From: Camelus ferus
Taxonomy: Eukaryota
Direction: 5' to 3'
Assembly (NCBI RefSeq): GCF_009834535.1
Contig: NC_045698.1
Coordinates: 12,960,001 to 13,024,000, forward strand
Length of the DNA: 64,000 nt
Below, piece by piece: positions 1 to 13,867 of this stretch. Each line of letters begins with the position of its first letter. Position 1 is the stretch's first letter. The notes below the pieces were generated by a model, which had not been told where the DNA came from, searched no databases, and saw nothing but the letters and a program-made list of their open reading frames with translations. The position numbers were made by a program, and so were the translations under genes.

Positions 1-276
1 GGTATCTAGAGGAGAAATATATACAAATCCTCTGGAACTGTTTAGAGTCAAGGGATTGAAATTATTCTCTTCTGGAGAAACATATTTTGACAGATTATAT
101 TAAATGACTTTCCAAAATGTCCAGGGATCAGATTAATCTATATATTCTACAGCTGTTATTAGATGAGAAGGTGGGGGGGGGCATTGTTATTTGTAAATTT
201 GGAAAATGTTAGGTTAAACAAAGACTTAATTCTTTTTTTAAACTGTGAGGCTTCTCAGTGCTTTAAGCATAAAAAA

Positions 277-495
277 TAATAGCTAATATTATTGAGTGCT
301 TGCTCTGGGTCAGGTCACCATGATAAAATCCACATACGATCATCACAACAGTCTTGTGAGGTATATTATTATCCCCGTTAGGGGGCTAAAGATATTTAGA
401 CTTAGGTTAAATAATTTGTCGGATTTATACAGACAGTAAATGCTGAAGAAGTTATACGGACCAAAGCAGAACAGAGCAGAAGTCTGGACTCTGAA
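277..495 (-). mobile_element. MIR SINE remnant
   Basis: Diverged antisense MIR-like motifs: 'tattattgagtgcttgctctggg', 'cttgtgaggtatattattatcccc', 'aggttaaataatttgtc'. Confidence 0.6.
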
Positions 496-2206
496 CTGTT
501 AGAAAATAAATACCACCTCTCCTCATTAGCCAATGACCACTGATGGTCTCCAATAATAGAACATAGTGTACTGTGCTTCTCAAGTTTACTGGATCTCAAA
601 CTTTATACTTTTTCCAAATTATCCCAGAATCGTTCTGGGTTACACAATTCATTTTGTAAGTATTCAAGTTTTATGCCTTACCTAAAATCTCTTGCTACAT
701 TACTAAACCTTCTTTGTTTTAAATAAGTTCTTTTTGTTGTCATTGTTGAAAATTAGAGAGTGACATGGCATGGAAAAAAAATCTGAAGGTGGGACATGGG
801 AAAATTAGATACAGAAGGAAAAATGTATTGGATAGAGGATAGAATATCAATGATGAGCTTTGTTAGCCATTTAAATAAGAGTGAGCTCTTCCTTATCACT
901 GTTATTAAAAATCATTATTTAAAAATATCTACTTTTCATAGTTTGCTACTTAGCTAAGTATTTGGGCCCTGAAGCAATTCATTGAAGAAAACCTTTTTCA
1001 AAAGTTCAAATAAACAGAAATAAAGTCTGAAGATGATCCCCTGCTGTTTTTTCATTTTTTTTCCCCTGAAAATCATAAATTAACAGGAGGACTACAGAGG
1101 GTTCTGAGTAAACTCCAGCATGGTTTATGAATAAAATGAAGAAAATATCTTCCTTGGCCTATTTAAAACATGTATTTTCAAACTTTTTCTTTATTCCTAC
1201 ATCTTTCTCAATCAAGGAGTTAGTAGAACTCAGTGGGAGCAGTAGGTTGATAAAATTTAATATCACTTTTGCATAAACTAGAGCTGTTTCTCACTTGAAC
1301 CTGAGAACAAGGTGAATCGAGTTCATTATAAAAGACCACATAAAAAGACACGAAATTACTTATTTTGACCCATTGTAGTAGCAGAGCAGAGGGTATCTGT
1401 TCCTCATGTACATTTATTTATCTTCAGAATGAATTACTGATGGTGACCAGTGTAGCAAAAATCTAGTCCATCTTCCAGAAACCATCTCCTTTTGCCCAAA
1501 TTTTGCAAGGAGGTGAATTAGGTCACTCTGCAAGACTTAGTCTTGCTTTAAAATAAACAGCTGACTTTCATCTAATGACATTCCTTGTGCTGGGAGCTGT
1601 CAAACTAAGACAACTACATCTATGATATAGTGGATTTTGAGGAATGAGTCCTCAAAATGTCCTCCCTCTTGACATGGTTGCAAGCATCCTTTCTGGTAGG
1701 GTTTTAGGGTCCCGAGGATAACTCAGATGTCAGCACTTCTCCATGTTTCAGCCAGTACCTGCAATAACTTGGAGAGAGGCCAACCCTGGATCACTAGCTA
1801 ACTAAAGAAAAGTCTTAGAAAGTGAATGTCTCTGGAGAAGTAATTCCCATGTGCATAATGAAATTCCTTATATCCCAGTTTTTATTTGAATATGGGAGAG
1901 TGAGAAGCCCATAGAGATAGATGGAACAAAACAAGGGAGCTAGGAAATATGTTTTGGCCTAAAGTAGGCACGATTTAGTGATGTAAAGATGGTAAGGTTT
2001 TATTTTCTTTACTATTATGATACATTTATGGTGATTTGTTTTTCATAAGCCAGACATAACTATGTGGAGTCTAGATAGGTATTTATTATATACACAAGGG
2101 CCAGAGAAGGCCCCTAAGAATCATTTTTGTTACCATTAAAAATACAGTATGAGACCCTATCCCAGGAAATTCTGTTTCAACAGAATGGGGTAATATTCAA
2201 GAAACT

Positions 2207-2255
2207 GAATAATAGTAACAACAATAATAATAATAATAACAATAATAATAATAAA
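2207..2255. repeat. (AAT)n/(AAC) microsatellite
   Basis: Directly visible; it produces the poly-Asn run in ORF 2127..2354. Confidence 0.9.
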
Positions 2256-2394
2256 TACTTAGAAGGTCCTGGTACACAGGCAACCACACGTACCAGACCA
2301 CAGAAAGAAATGAGACATCATGAAACAGATCAGGCTGAATCACTGAGTAAATAGGTTGACTGACATTTTTAGGTCTTGGAAGTAAAAGTGGATC

Positions 2395-2858
2395 AGTGAG
2401 GTAGGTTGATAATTTCCCTTAAGACTAATTCTCCCTTTATTTCATATTCATAGAGTTTTTAGCTAAACAGATAAACAACAGAACTTAAAATTACATTTCT
2501 CAATCTTTGCATCTTGTTGTGGTCATGTGAGTGAACTATGACTAGTGTGCCTTCAGAGGATATATTCTACAGCAGTTTAGGAAAGCTTTGGCCCCATTCT
2601 TTCATCATTCTTGCCTTCTCCTTTGGCTGTTTGGATTGTAGAAGTTGCCAAATTAGGTCATCAGGAAATGAACCATCTTAGGCATGGTAATGTGGTGGGC
2701 TAGAAGGCATCATACTCCCTGAGGACTTGGTAGAGGTGAGCTACTGCACCAGCACCAGCCTAGATACCCCTGAGTTTGTAAGTTAAAGAGATTCACAGTT
2801 TTATCTTGCCTTTCACATTATTCTTCACCTGCAACATTGTTAATGTTAAAATGATACA
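2395..2858 (+). mobile_element. Old MaLR LTR (MLT1-type)
   Basis: MLT1-like 'ttacatttctcaatctttgcatc...tgtggtcatgtgagtgaactatgacta' and a 3' end '...tgataca'. Confidence 0.55.
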
Positions 2859-4052
2859 TACATGAACCCATGTCAAGGGTTCATAGTATAGAAGAAGTGG
2901 TAGGCTGGGCTCCCAAGAGCAGGATACAGAATGACTCAGAAGCAATGCCTTCATTGTGTTGGTCCTATGTAATTTGAAACATTAAAAAGCAATACTATTG
3001 CACATCTGGCTCAAGAAATGTGTAGTTTAAAAATACAACACTAAAGAAGTGAGAATGTTAATGATTTCAGAGCATTGACAAAATGTGCAAAAATAGAGAT
3101 ATCATGTCACCTTGCATTACTATTGCCTAAGGAGAATTCTGATTGCTCTAAACCAATTAATAAAACCAATGAGAGTGTATATGTGCGTGTACATGTTCAT
3201 GCAGGCGTGTGCGTGTGTATTGACACTTAAATATAAAAATTTAAAGAATGGCCTTATAATGAAAAGTAGAACTTTTATTTTTGTACCTGACTTGCCACTT
3301 TACAGGGAGTAAATGGCATTAAGTGTCACATATATTACAAAAATAAATTACACATTTAGAAGACATGAACAACCTCACCCACAATGTATGAGTCGCAAGT
3401 GATAGTTCTGCTTGGATATTTTTGATACCGTGGTTCTAAAGCCTTCATAAAAACATCAGTGCTAGGAACAAATATTGATTAATGGTTTCAGTAAAATTAA
3501 ATCCTGATATCTAAGATGACATTCTCATGACTTTGAATTTCAAAGGAAGTATTTCTGGCTTTGGAAATAGATTCTGGCAGTTTATTTTGAATCACCTAGA
3601 ATTTAGTTTCTCATTCTTCAATCAGCTCATACTGATTGTCGTGCTGAAATTGAATAGCTTTCATAGTATTTTTGATGTATTAACACTTTCTCATGGGGAC
3701 ATTTTTAAGAAGAAAAAATACCTTCTTTTTTCAGAATTCATGTTCATTATAAGAAAAAAAATACAAAGAAGTACATAGAAGAATATGAAAAACACTATGA
3801 TAACACCGTCCTGAGAGAGTCACTTTTACAATCTTTGTCTAAATTTTATCTATTTTGTTACCTTTATTTTTTAAATATCTGTGTTCAATTGTATGAGTGA
3901 TATAATCTCATTATGAAAAGTCAAAAAATTATATGTAGTAAGTTATGTGTAAATGTGTAAGGTCTGAGTTATTTCCCTATGCTCAGCCTTTACAAATTAA
4001 ACACTATTGGTGATTTATAGTGTGTCTTTACAAACATTTTTGTTTGTGCACT

Positions 4053-4078
4053 GCTAGCTAGCTAGCTAGCTAGCTAGA
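4053..4078. repeat. (GCTA)n tetranucleotide microsatellite
   Basis: 'gctagctagctagctagctagctag' is directly visible. Confidence 0.9.
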
Positions 4079-4361
4079 TACACATATGCACAGAGATACA
4101 TACATAATAGTTTCATAGACTTATTTTTGCAATATGTATAGGATAAGTCTCTCTCTTTGCACACACATATGCACATGTATATATATTTCTGTGACTCCAA
4201 TTTTTCACTTAATAATGTACCAAATTTCAAACCAGCTGAACATTAATTTTTTTTATTTTAAAAATCCTTTGTTTAAAAAAAATCTGTTAAACACTGTCCT
4301 GAAAATCTTAGACAGTTTAACAAGGTTAAAACATATGAAAGAGATGTAGATTATAAAATAA

Positions 4362-4521
4362 TAATTAGAACATTCTTTATTCACAGATAACATAATTGCC
4401 TATATATGTAGAAAATTCTAAGAACTCTATAAAAATGCTACCAAAACTAAAAAGTAAGTTTAGCAAGAACACAGTACACATGATCAACATATAAAAATCT
4501 ATATACTAAAAATAAACAGTC
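4362..4521 (+). mobile_element. Old L1 ORF2 remnant, left part
   Basis: 'ctttattcacagataacataattgcc...gtagaaaattctaag...gtttagcaag...atcaacatataaaaatc' resembles the L1 RT region (LFADDMI..., [10 protein letters not shown]). Confidence 0.75.
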
Positions 4522-5159
4522 CTTCCTAGAGGGGACCAAGTAGAACATTTATATCTCAAAGCCACTGGGAAAGAATATTTCTCCAAGGAGGGCTTCTGTT
4601 TCTTAAATCCAGATCTTTCACAATATCTAGGAACCTTTTGAGATGGATAAGGGAGTTTTGAGGATTAGTAAAAGGATAGGTGAGCTTGGAATGTTTCTAG
4701 AGTTGCATGTATGTTTTTGGAAAGACTGGATTAATAAGACAGTACGGTTGTTCCTTACTTCCTCAAAAACTGAGTCGCAACCTGAATGGTATCAATACTG
4801 TTCATCCAACTACCCTATCCGCAATTCGCTTCTTTTTATCAAAGAAAAGATCTTCAACTAACATAGAAATCAAAAGATTCCTATGTTCTAGATTTAGAGT
4901 TTGGAATGTTTTAGTGAAGTCTGGAAGGCTTCAGAATGGTTTTCTTTCCCTCTGGGTACACAGTTTCATTTTAGCTTCAGGGAGAAGCTATTAAAAAAAA
5001 AAGTCACTATTAGTTCTGAATATCAGATTCCTATTTGGTCAACTTTTGACCATAGAGCTACTTTAAAAAAAATACTTTAGACTATCTTGTCAGGTTCAGC
5101 TAGACAAATAGTAAATATTCCTAGCAGTGTTGATCAACCCGGTTCAGACACACACACAC

Positions 5160-5815
5160 ACAAAGAAATTTAAATTACAAATATCGTTTATAATAGTTTT
5201 GAAATATTTTGTACAAAGGGATACAACTAACAAAGCTGTAACAGACTTGTACACTGAAAACTGCAAAACACTGTTGAGAAAAATTAAAGAATATCCAAAT
5301 AAATAGTTAGATGTACCATGTTGCTGAATCAGAAAACTCAGTAGTGAAATTATGTCAATTCTCCCCAAAATGATCTCTAAATTTGGTACAATCCCAATCA
5401 AAATCCTCACAGTCTTTTTTGTAGAAACTGACCAGCTGATTTTAAAATTCATATCAAAATGAATAAACACCATTAAAAAAGAAAGCAAAGTTGGAAGACT
5501 TATATTGCTTGAGTTCTAGATTTATTTTAAAGCTAGAGTAACCAGCAGTGTGCTATTGATAGACAAATAGATCAATGGGAAATAACAGAGTCCAAAAATG
5601 GACCTAGACATATACCTTTGAAGGATTTTTGACAAAGATGCAAACACAATTCAGCAGAGAGAGGATAGTTTTTCAAGGAATAAACAGTGCTGGAACATAC
5701 CTATCCTTTGCCTCATATTCCAATATTAGCTCAAAATGGTTCAAAGTCCTTAATGTAAATCTTAAAACTACAAGAGTTATAGAAGAAAACATAAATGAGT
5801 ATCTTTATGACATAT
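5160..5815 (+). mobile_element. Old L1 ORF2 remnant, right part (continues 4362-4521)
   Basis: 'gacttgtacactgaaaactgcaaaacactg', 'caatcccaatcaaaatc', 'gacaaatagatcaatggga', 'tagaagaaaacata' are collinear with L1 ORF2. Confidence 0.8.
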
Positions 5816-5825
5816 TTTGGCCTTT

Positions 5826-5958
5826 ATGACCACGTCCCTGTTTATTATTGCCTTGGACTGCTTTTGCAATAAAACATCAGAGTTTAGTAACAGACATCAT
5901 ATCATCCACAGAGCCTAAAATACTATCCGGCCCTTTTCTGAAATTTGCTGACTCCTGC
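5826..5958 (+). mobile_element. MER58-like hAT-Charlie fragment
   Basis: 'cacagagcctaaaatactatccggcccttttctgaaatttgctgactcctg' resembles the MER58A terminus. Confidence 0.65.
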
Positions 5959-5964
5959 CGTTGA

Positions 5965-6360
5965 TTGTAAGGAAAAGAAAACCCATTAAAAACTGACTTC
6001 TCAGCTGAAACAACTGAACAACTGGGGAGAGAGAGGCTTCAGGGTTGTCCTCACGCTGTAGCTCTGAGTTTTGGGGGGCCTGGTTTGTCTTCAGACAGTA
6101 AGATGTCTGCAAGACTTCAGGGCATCACGACACAGACAGTAACATCCAGAAGAATGAGGAAGTTGCTCCTTCCTGGGGCTTTGTCTTTAGTTTCTGGAAA
6201 CTTTACTCAGATGTCCTCAATAAGCTAACTTTATGTTCCCCTGATGTAAGTGACACTGTGACACGGGAGTGATGGTCTTTGTCTCGAATCATCCATTTCT
6301 GAATCATCTTGAGTGGGGAATGGAATTACCTGTTGGCCACTCAAGGCCATCTCGTGAGTG
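5965..6360 (-). mobile_element. Old MaLR LTR remnant (MLT1-type)
   Basis: Weak antisense MLT1-like motifs ('agaaacccattaaaaactgactt', 'catccatttctgaatcatc...ggggaatggaattacc'). Confidence 0.4.
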
Positions 6361-9119
6361 GGGAGGGGTTGGTGGGAAGTAGGATGAGGTGATGGTAGTG
6401 ATGTTCTTTTTTCTATTTCTCAAAAAAAACACTGTTTGTTTAATTTTCATATAATAGGGTTTTCCTGTAAGGTTTTTTTTTTTTTTTTTTTTTGGTGGTG
6501 CTATTGCTAAAATCCTTGTAATAAATTAGAGTTTCATCTTTATAAATATTCCCAGCTGTTGGTTGGAGATAAAATCCTTTATAATAAAAATGAAGCCTCT
6601 TTCTACACATAATATTCTACAAGTTTTAATTAGATTTTTTTATTATATATTTAAATACCATTAAAAAATTTAAAATCTAGAAATATGATGAAATATATGG
6701 TTAGATTTTCTAATATCATTTCATTTTTGCATTTCTGGAATGTATCCGTTTGATTATAGAGTATTTATCTTTTAATATGATTTTAGGTTATATTTTTATG
6801 ATTTTTTCATCTCTATTCATAAGTAAGGCTTAAGTCTATATCTGAGGCTTTCATTAGATTTTGATATTATTTATATAAATTGTAATATTAAATCTGTGTA
6901 AAATGGTTTAGAAGCATTTTTTTCTTATAATTGGAATGCTATCAACAGAACTGAGATATTTTCTCCCAAGATCATTTGATATGACTGATTCTTAAAATTG
7001 TCTTTGCCAGGCACATTGAAAAAAAAATTCACCATGATTTATTGGTCTAATAACATTTTGTTTCCTTAGTCAGTCAAGTTTCATAACTTGTGTATTATAA
7101 TATATTTGAAATTCTTATTCTATAAACTTGGAACTTTTAATTCTTTTATTAATTTTTATTTAAAATGCATACTAGTGTATACAAGCTCAATAACATGTAT
7201 ATACAGAAATCATTGTATAGAAAATTATAAAACATCACAAAAGCTTGTTTCTTTTTTCTTTTAGGGACTAGACAAATTATATCCATTTTATAAATATTCA
7301 GCCTCAAAATTAGACTGTATTATGAACAAAATATGTAAAATTACGTCTTTAAAGTTTTATGAATAGTTTAACATGAGAGCCAAATATTTTCTTCTTCTGA
7401 AGGAAAAAAAAATACTGGTGAAAGTTACACAATACATGGACCACTATGGGCATTAGATTTCTTCTCTCCCTATGCAGTATTATAAATATGTTTTTAGCTT
7501 GTACATTACTGTAATTATTTTAGCCTTCCTCCTTGTTTTAGTGACCTTGATATAGAAATACAAAGATTTAAATAAGCTGTTTTGCTAAACTTTTACTGAA
7601 GTTTAAAATCACCTTTTAGGCATGGTTATGTTTCTAACACTATGGATTAGGCCTGTTGTCCATCTCTTAGCTTCCTAAAACTTTGCCTAGACTGGTAGTT
7701 AATAGATGGTTTCAGGAAACAACAAAGCTAATCCAACTATTTAAGTTACTTTTTACCAGAATATTAGTAAGTAGACTGTAAGCATTCTAGAAAGCCTTGA
7801 ACTTAATAACTAGAGGTCTCTACTCAAAGACATTTGAAATCAGTTTTTCCCCTACATATTTTTTTTTATTGCAAAGCTATTTACTATTGAGCATCCTGAA
7901 ATGCTATGATTTGCAATGAAAAGGTAATTTAAACATACAAACGTCTTCAGGATTAACACAGGACTGCATTGCTTTTCCCTTGTAGATGAGCAGGTGCATT
8001 CCGTAAGGCCTAAAAATAAACAAAAGATTGAAGTTTCCCCTTAGAAACCAGTTTTTCTGCTATAAATATGTATGATAATATTGTTCTCATAAAATATAAT
8101 AATTAAAATTACAGAAGATTTCTGGAATTGTGGCTTTCCTTTTGGATATTTAGTACTTCTTTAAATAGCCTAATCTTTTTTTTTGAACTATTAAAATTTG
8201 TAGGGCTCATTTAGCTGGATGAGAGATTGGACTATTAAGATCATTAAGAAAATAAATTAACCCTGATATCAGGAAGCAAGTGTTTATAGTTTCTGAATGA
8301 TATATCACTTTTAATAAAATTAAAAGAATTAATTTTCAAAACACATTAGGGCTTCCAAAATTCGAGAGCCCACTTCAACATTCCACTTTCCGGATAGGAA
8401 CCTTCGCTTTGTGGTGGTTTGGCTGGTTCCCAGCACCTCCCTTTTTATGCCTGCACTTCCTGACTACTGATTATGTATCTATTCATGTATTTATTTCACT
8501 ATTTACTTACTTATTCGTTTTTCCTCTCTTGGGGAAAACTTAGAAGTAAAAAATTGTGCCCATTTACTATTGCCCTCAAGTGTGTGGCACCAAAATCTCT
8601 TTACCCCTCTCTCAAAAAGATAGATTTTATGCAGCTATTACAGAATTTCTGTGAGTCTTCTCTGGCCAAAACAGTTGCCTGAATTTTTCTTCAACATTTC
8701 TGCTAAATTGAATGCAGGGACTTGCCTAGTTAACTGGCTTCAAAGAAGGTAATATTAGGTCTCATTATGACCAAGGAATTTTGCCCTAAGACAGATTATA
8801 AAGGGAGCTCCCTTTGAAGCTGATTCCAAATTTTAAATAAAGCCCTACCTGCCCAGACACACCATACAAATAAAAAAGTGAGGTCCTTCAACAGGTTTAG
8901 ACATTTGACAAAAAACACAAAATTTTTTCAACTGAATCCACTGTAATATCTGAGCGCTATTTAGTATAATTTTGTATAATAAATGACCAGTATACTTTGG
9001 ACTGATTTTTAGATATATTCCTGAGCTGTAATACCTGCTTTGTTCCTTATAATCGGGAATCATAACAACTAGGAAAAACTAAATCATTTCTGATTTAGAC
9101 CAAAATCTCATACCATGTG

Positions 9120-9300
9120 GAGGTTCTCCATGAATTGTTGTGCAGGTTGTGCACTGCACATGTTCACTTGGACAAGAAGACAAGTGGGGGCTGGGATTTT
9201 CTCTTCAAGACATTTGCCCTTGTAAAGCTATGTCCTCCAAATGAAGAGGCACTTTTTTCCTAATTACCCAAAGGAGAGATCGGGCTACTGTAGCTACTGG
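9120..9300. mobile_element. MER91-like hAT fragment
   Basis: 'ttgtgcaggttgtgcactgcaca' is a characteristic MER91 subterminal motif. Confidence 0.55.
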
Positions 9301-9627
9301 GTTTGGGAAATTCATGCAGTCATAGAAAAAAATGTGATATTAAAGTATCCTAAGGCTATGTCACTAGCATATATTAAAAATAAGCTAAGATTTAGCCCTG
9401 AAGAACACAACCTTAGATTTATTCCAGCAAACATGTATCATTTTAACATTGTACATAGAGAAATGTTTTAAATTTTACAATAAACAACTTTATCTCTGTG
9501 TTTTAAGTTTCATTCCTTTGTGGGATTGTCATAGGATTTTGACAAACACAACTAAGAAAAACTGTTAGTAATCAGATAAATGAAAATGATGAGTAATATG
9601 AAATATCATGAGCTATCAGTAAGAAAT

Positions 9628-9708
9628 TATTAGGCTGCACATGAAACTGCTATTTGTTGTGGTTCTAAATAGTCAAATGTCATTGATTTCTTATGGTTTC
9701 ATCTAATA
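9628..9708. mobile_element. MADE2-like mariner MITE (~80 bp)
   Basis: Imperfect TIRs 'tattaggctgcacatgaaa...tttcttatggtttcatctaata', TA ends and matching size. Confidence 0.65.
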
Positions 9709-12700
9709 AATACTCTGCTAGTGAAGCTATTTCCTCAAGCCATTTTCCTTACCTTCATCCTGTCCTGCACCTCACGCTCCTCATAAAATGAAAGGTGTAG
9801 TCTCCACCCTTTATTGATTTGTATATTATTCTGTTTTTTAATTCATGAATATGTTTATTTCTTCCCTTACTCAATGTTTATTTATTCAATGTCTACTCCT
9901 CACCAATCAAAATATATAAGCCCTGTATACATTCATCTTTTAGGAAATATTAAAGTTTCTTTTTATAAAATGCCGTAGTTGACGCCAAAATTTCCGTCCT
10001 AGAATATATGATTTTGGATGTGGCGGTTGGTATTGGGAGGAAATGGGCTTTCCAATTGAGGCAACATAATACAAAGGAAGGACCACAACCCTACACAGCA
10101 GGACACCTGAAATCTAGATTTTTGATGCATTTGCTGGTTCTGAGCATGTTGGTAGATTGTTTATCTCTTTGAATCTCATCTTAACTTTTAATATGGGGAA
10201 CAGTACTTCTGATTATATCACAGTGAAGAGAAGCACTCTTTAAACTAACAGACCTGCATAAGTAAACAGCAAGAGGATGTCTATTGACAATTCTCATATT
10301 TTGTTTGCAGAATAGATGCACTGCAAAACCAAATGTTTTCTAAGTGTTCTGTCTTGGACCCTATGATGCTGTTTCAAGCATATGGTGTCCTATGTTCTGG
10401 CTTTTAATATCTCCTTTTATTTATTATTTGGCCTCACCATATTTGTAACTTTAAAAATCTTTCCTTTAGCCTGCTTATTTTGAAATGGAGCCAAAACTGT
10501 TTAAATTCATTAGTCACGAAAAAAGACTTATTGGTGTAATGGAAAGAGAATTCACTATAAGTCAAAAGAAACTGAGTTATTGTCATAATTTCCCTAGGTC
10601 CTTGTATGACCATGGTTGACTCATTGGCCTCTCTGATCTTTTGTCTCAAATTTTCAAAGGAATGTGGCTGAAATTCACAAACTGAAGTCCCTCCTCTTTA
10701 TCCAAAATCCTGTACTTTTATGGCGGTTTGGTTTATAGTTTCATTTTTGAAACCAAACCAAACCATGAATGTTGTAAGTTATTTTTGTGCATAAACATCA
10801 AATCATGTCATTGAATTGTTGTATGTTATGTTCAGAAAACTATATTAGATTTTATTATTTTTTTCTTAAATTCTGAAATATGATTCACCAAATCATAGTA
10901 TATTTAACATTAGAGGTACAAGGATGCAAAATCGATCTTCTATTCTGAGATGCATCCAAGTTTATGGAATTCCCATAAAATTTAAATTTTTGTATGTTTA
11001 AATAAAGAAGGCTGGAACTTCAACAAAGATGTGTTTATCTTAATGTAATGAAATGTTATATAGACAGAATAAAATGTTTTTTTAACATCATATTTTATAA
11101 ACATAAGATCTCTAGAGTTGCACATTTCACAAACTCAGAAAACAAAGAGAGTAACCTACAGTAGTAAAGAAACTAACTTAACCAGGAAAAAAGAGGAATG
11201 CTTTTTCTTTTGCACTTTGAACTCAGTTAAGCTGTAGCCATGTGCAAAACTTAAGATGCTTCTTTTGATGCATCAGGAGAACCTGATGTCTTTAGGAAAC
11301 AGATAAACAGAGAGAGAGAGAGTCTGACACTAAGCCAGCCCCTTCTACATCCTTCTGACACAGTCAGGCAAGTTGCATCTGCTTGAAGAAGCTTAAGTCA
11401 CATGCCCGCATATCAAGTAGAGAGCAGGCTGGAAAACCAAGGATCTAGAATTTTCTTATAGGAGAGGTATTATCTTTTTATTTTCCATCCCTTGCCTAGA
11501 CTAATAAGGAAGGGATTTTTCAAACATGGGAAAGGATACATATATTGGACAGCCTTCCAAAGTGATCACTAAAGGGCATTTTAAAATTAAAAAAAATAAT
11601 AATTCAAAGAAGAAATAAATTAATCATGTTGGTTTGTTCCTTTTAAATAAGAGCAGCAAATTGTCGTCACAGTGACTATATGGCTATATATATAGAGAGA
11701 AGCACATGGTTCTATATATGATTATACAGAACTAACTTCCAAAGAAAGATAGCTAAAATATAATGACAGCAAACCTATTCCATTTAAATTAGGAATTAAT
11801 ATAAATGAATATTCAGGGAATCCTTTCTATACTGACTTTTTTTTTCTTTCCTGTAGAAAGTGAATTGGGGGCATTCAAATACGATTGTACTATTTCTAAG
11901 TCACATCTGCAGATCTGAAAATGTCTAATTGAATTTGGCCTCCTTTACCAATGATCTATTCTGTAGGTTGTAAAAGATAGAGACCGTAGAGTTGCACCCA
12001 ATTTCCAGAGTTATTACACCTAGTAATATTTCTGCACCTGGACTTAGGTGTGTGAGGCAAGAAAAAAAAAATCACTTTGTTTTAAGGTTTAGAAATTAAA
12101 TTTAAGATTTAAAGTTTGAGTAGATCTTGAAGTCAGCAAGTTTAATAAAGTTTATGAGAATATAAAGGCTCAAGAATACATCCCTGGGGTGGTGCGCTCT
12201 GGGAGGCATGGTAATTTTTGTGATCTAAAGGAAAGTGCCCTAAGTCTTAAGTGACTCTTTGAAAATATCTCTCCCTAGAGGTTGTTAATTTTCTGAAATG
12301 GAGAAAATTTCTTTTAAGTCTGCTATTACCAGTGGCAACTTGAAGAGCAATTCACATTTAAATAGCTGTTTCATAATAGCATCTCATTCTTTGCCAGATG
12401 CATGGCCCTGAAACTCTAATGTGCACCCGAAAAGAGACTGGTATTATAACATCACAGCACTAATGCATTTTGAATGCCGTATCTGATATTTTCATTGAGA
12501 TGTCAGCAGTTATTACATGAGCTAGCTAAAAATAGAATAGGAAATGGTAGAGAAAGCAAGCTATTTCTATGCAAATTTTGGACTAGCCTATGATTTATCC
12601 AAAATGATTTTTAAATCATTTTTCCTCTGTTATGCCTTCTGTCCTGCAGAATACAGTAAATACATAAGTCAATGTTACCCTTCGTTAAATGTATAGCATG

Positions 12701-13544
12701 TTATTTTCCTCAGCATATTAAAGAATTATAAAATTTTGTTTCTAAGTTATAATTTCTCTGTCATTGATTTGGATGATTTACAAGGTTAACTGAATATGGA
12801 ACTTACAATATATCCTAAATGCAGTATTTGGAAAGCAGACCTATAATTTATAAGTACAATTTCATTTATTAAGTTGAACTGTACAAACTGGGTTTGGAAG
12901 GTCCAAAAATGTCCGGACATTGACTATTTCATGTGTTTCAGCCTATAGAAATTGAGCTTTTTGTTAGAATGTGTTGAATATAAGATAGTTATTTGCCCTC
13001 TACTTCCCTGAAATTCAATAAATTTTGGAACCTGAGGAGCACATAGTGAATACGTCAACCTGTGACTTCACAAAATTAGATATTACCTTTACAAATGGCC
13101 CTTATGGATCTTGCTACACTATTACATTAAATTAAGTTAAATCAAATAAATAAATAAATAAAACCTTGAAAGCATTTTATATTTTGGTTAAAAATTATGC
13201 AGTCCAAAACTCTATGCAACATTAAAAAAAACTGTCAATTTTCTTCCTTTCTGATTGAAGACCTTCACATAGCAGTTCTTTCTTCCAAAGCAACCTGTGT
13301 CTTCCTTGATTCCAAGCTTTCTCCTGATCCTCCACTGAGCTCTGGCTGATTCCAAACAACGGGATGTGTGTTGTTATTTTTTTAATTTTGAAATGTCCAC
13401 ATTGCTTTATACCTTGATGGCACTTAATTGGATTTTAGTTATTTGTCTGATTGCTTTCACTCCACAGCCTGACTCCTTGCAAAAAGGCTTTTCTCACTTT
13501 TCTTTGGTATGCGATAATACCCAGGAACTGTCTCTGTTCATTAG

Positions 13545-13855
13545 CTATTCACGTATCGGTTCCATCAGTGGATGAAGGGATCAATAAATGTGTATGTATA
13601 TTCAATAGAATATCACTCAGCATTAAAAGAGAAGAAACTCTTGTCCTCTGGGACAACCTGGACAAGCCTGGAGGGCATTAGGCACTGGGTGAAATACGTC
13701 AGATACTGAGTCAGGTAACACATGGTATGACTTACACGTAAAATTTTTAAAAAGTCTTACTCACAGAAACAGATTGTGGAAAAGTGGGTGCCAGGAACGA
13801 GGGGGGTGGGGAAATAGGGAGAGATTTGTAAAAGGGTATAAACTTTCAGTTTTAA
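13545..13855 (+). mobile_element. Old L1 3' region fragment (L1MA-like)
   Basis: 'tccatcagtggatgaagggat', 'gaatatcactcagcattaaaa', 'ggggaaatagggagagatttgtaaaagggtataaactttcagtt'. Confidence 0.75.
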
Positions 13856-13867
13856 AACTGAAAACAA

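Noticed and set aside
2127..2354. Poly-Asn ORF
   Set aside because: Produced by the (AAT)n microsatellite.
5144..5488. 114-aa hydrophobic ORF on the - strand
   Set aside because: Antisense of the old L1 ORF2 remnant.
10726..10766. GGTTTGGTTT...AAACCAAACC inverted repeat as a terminator or RNA hairpin
   Set aside because: Low-complexity 10-bp arms with no supporting context; possibly a transposon remnant.
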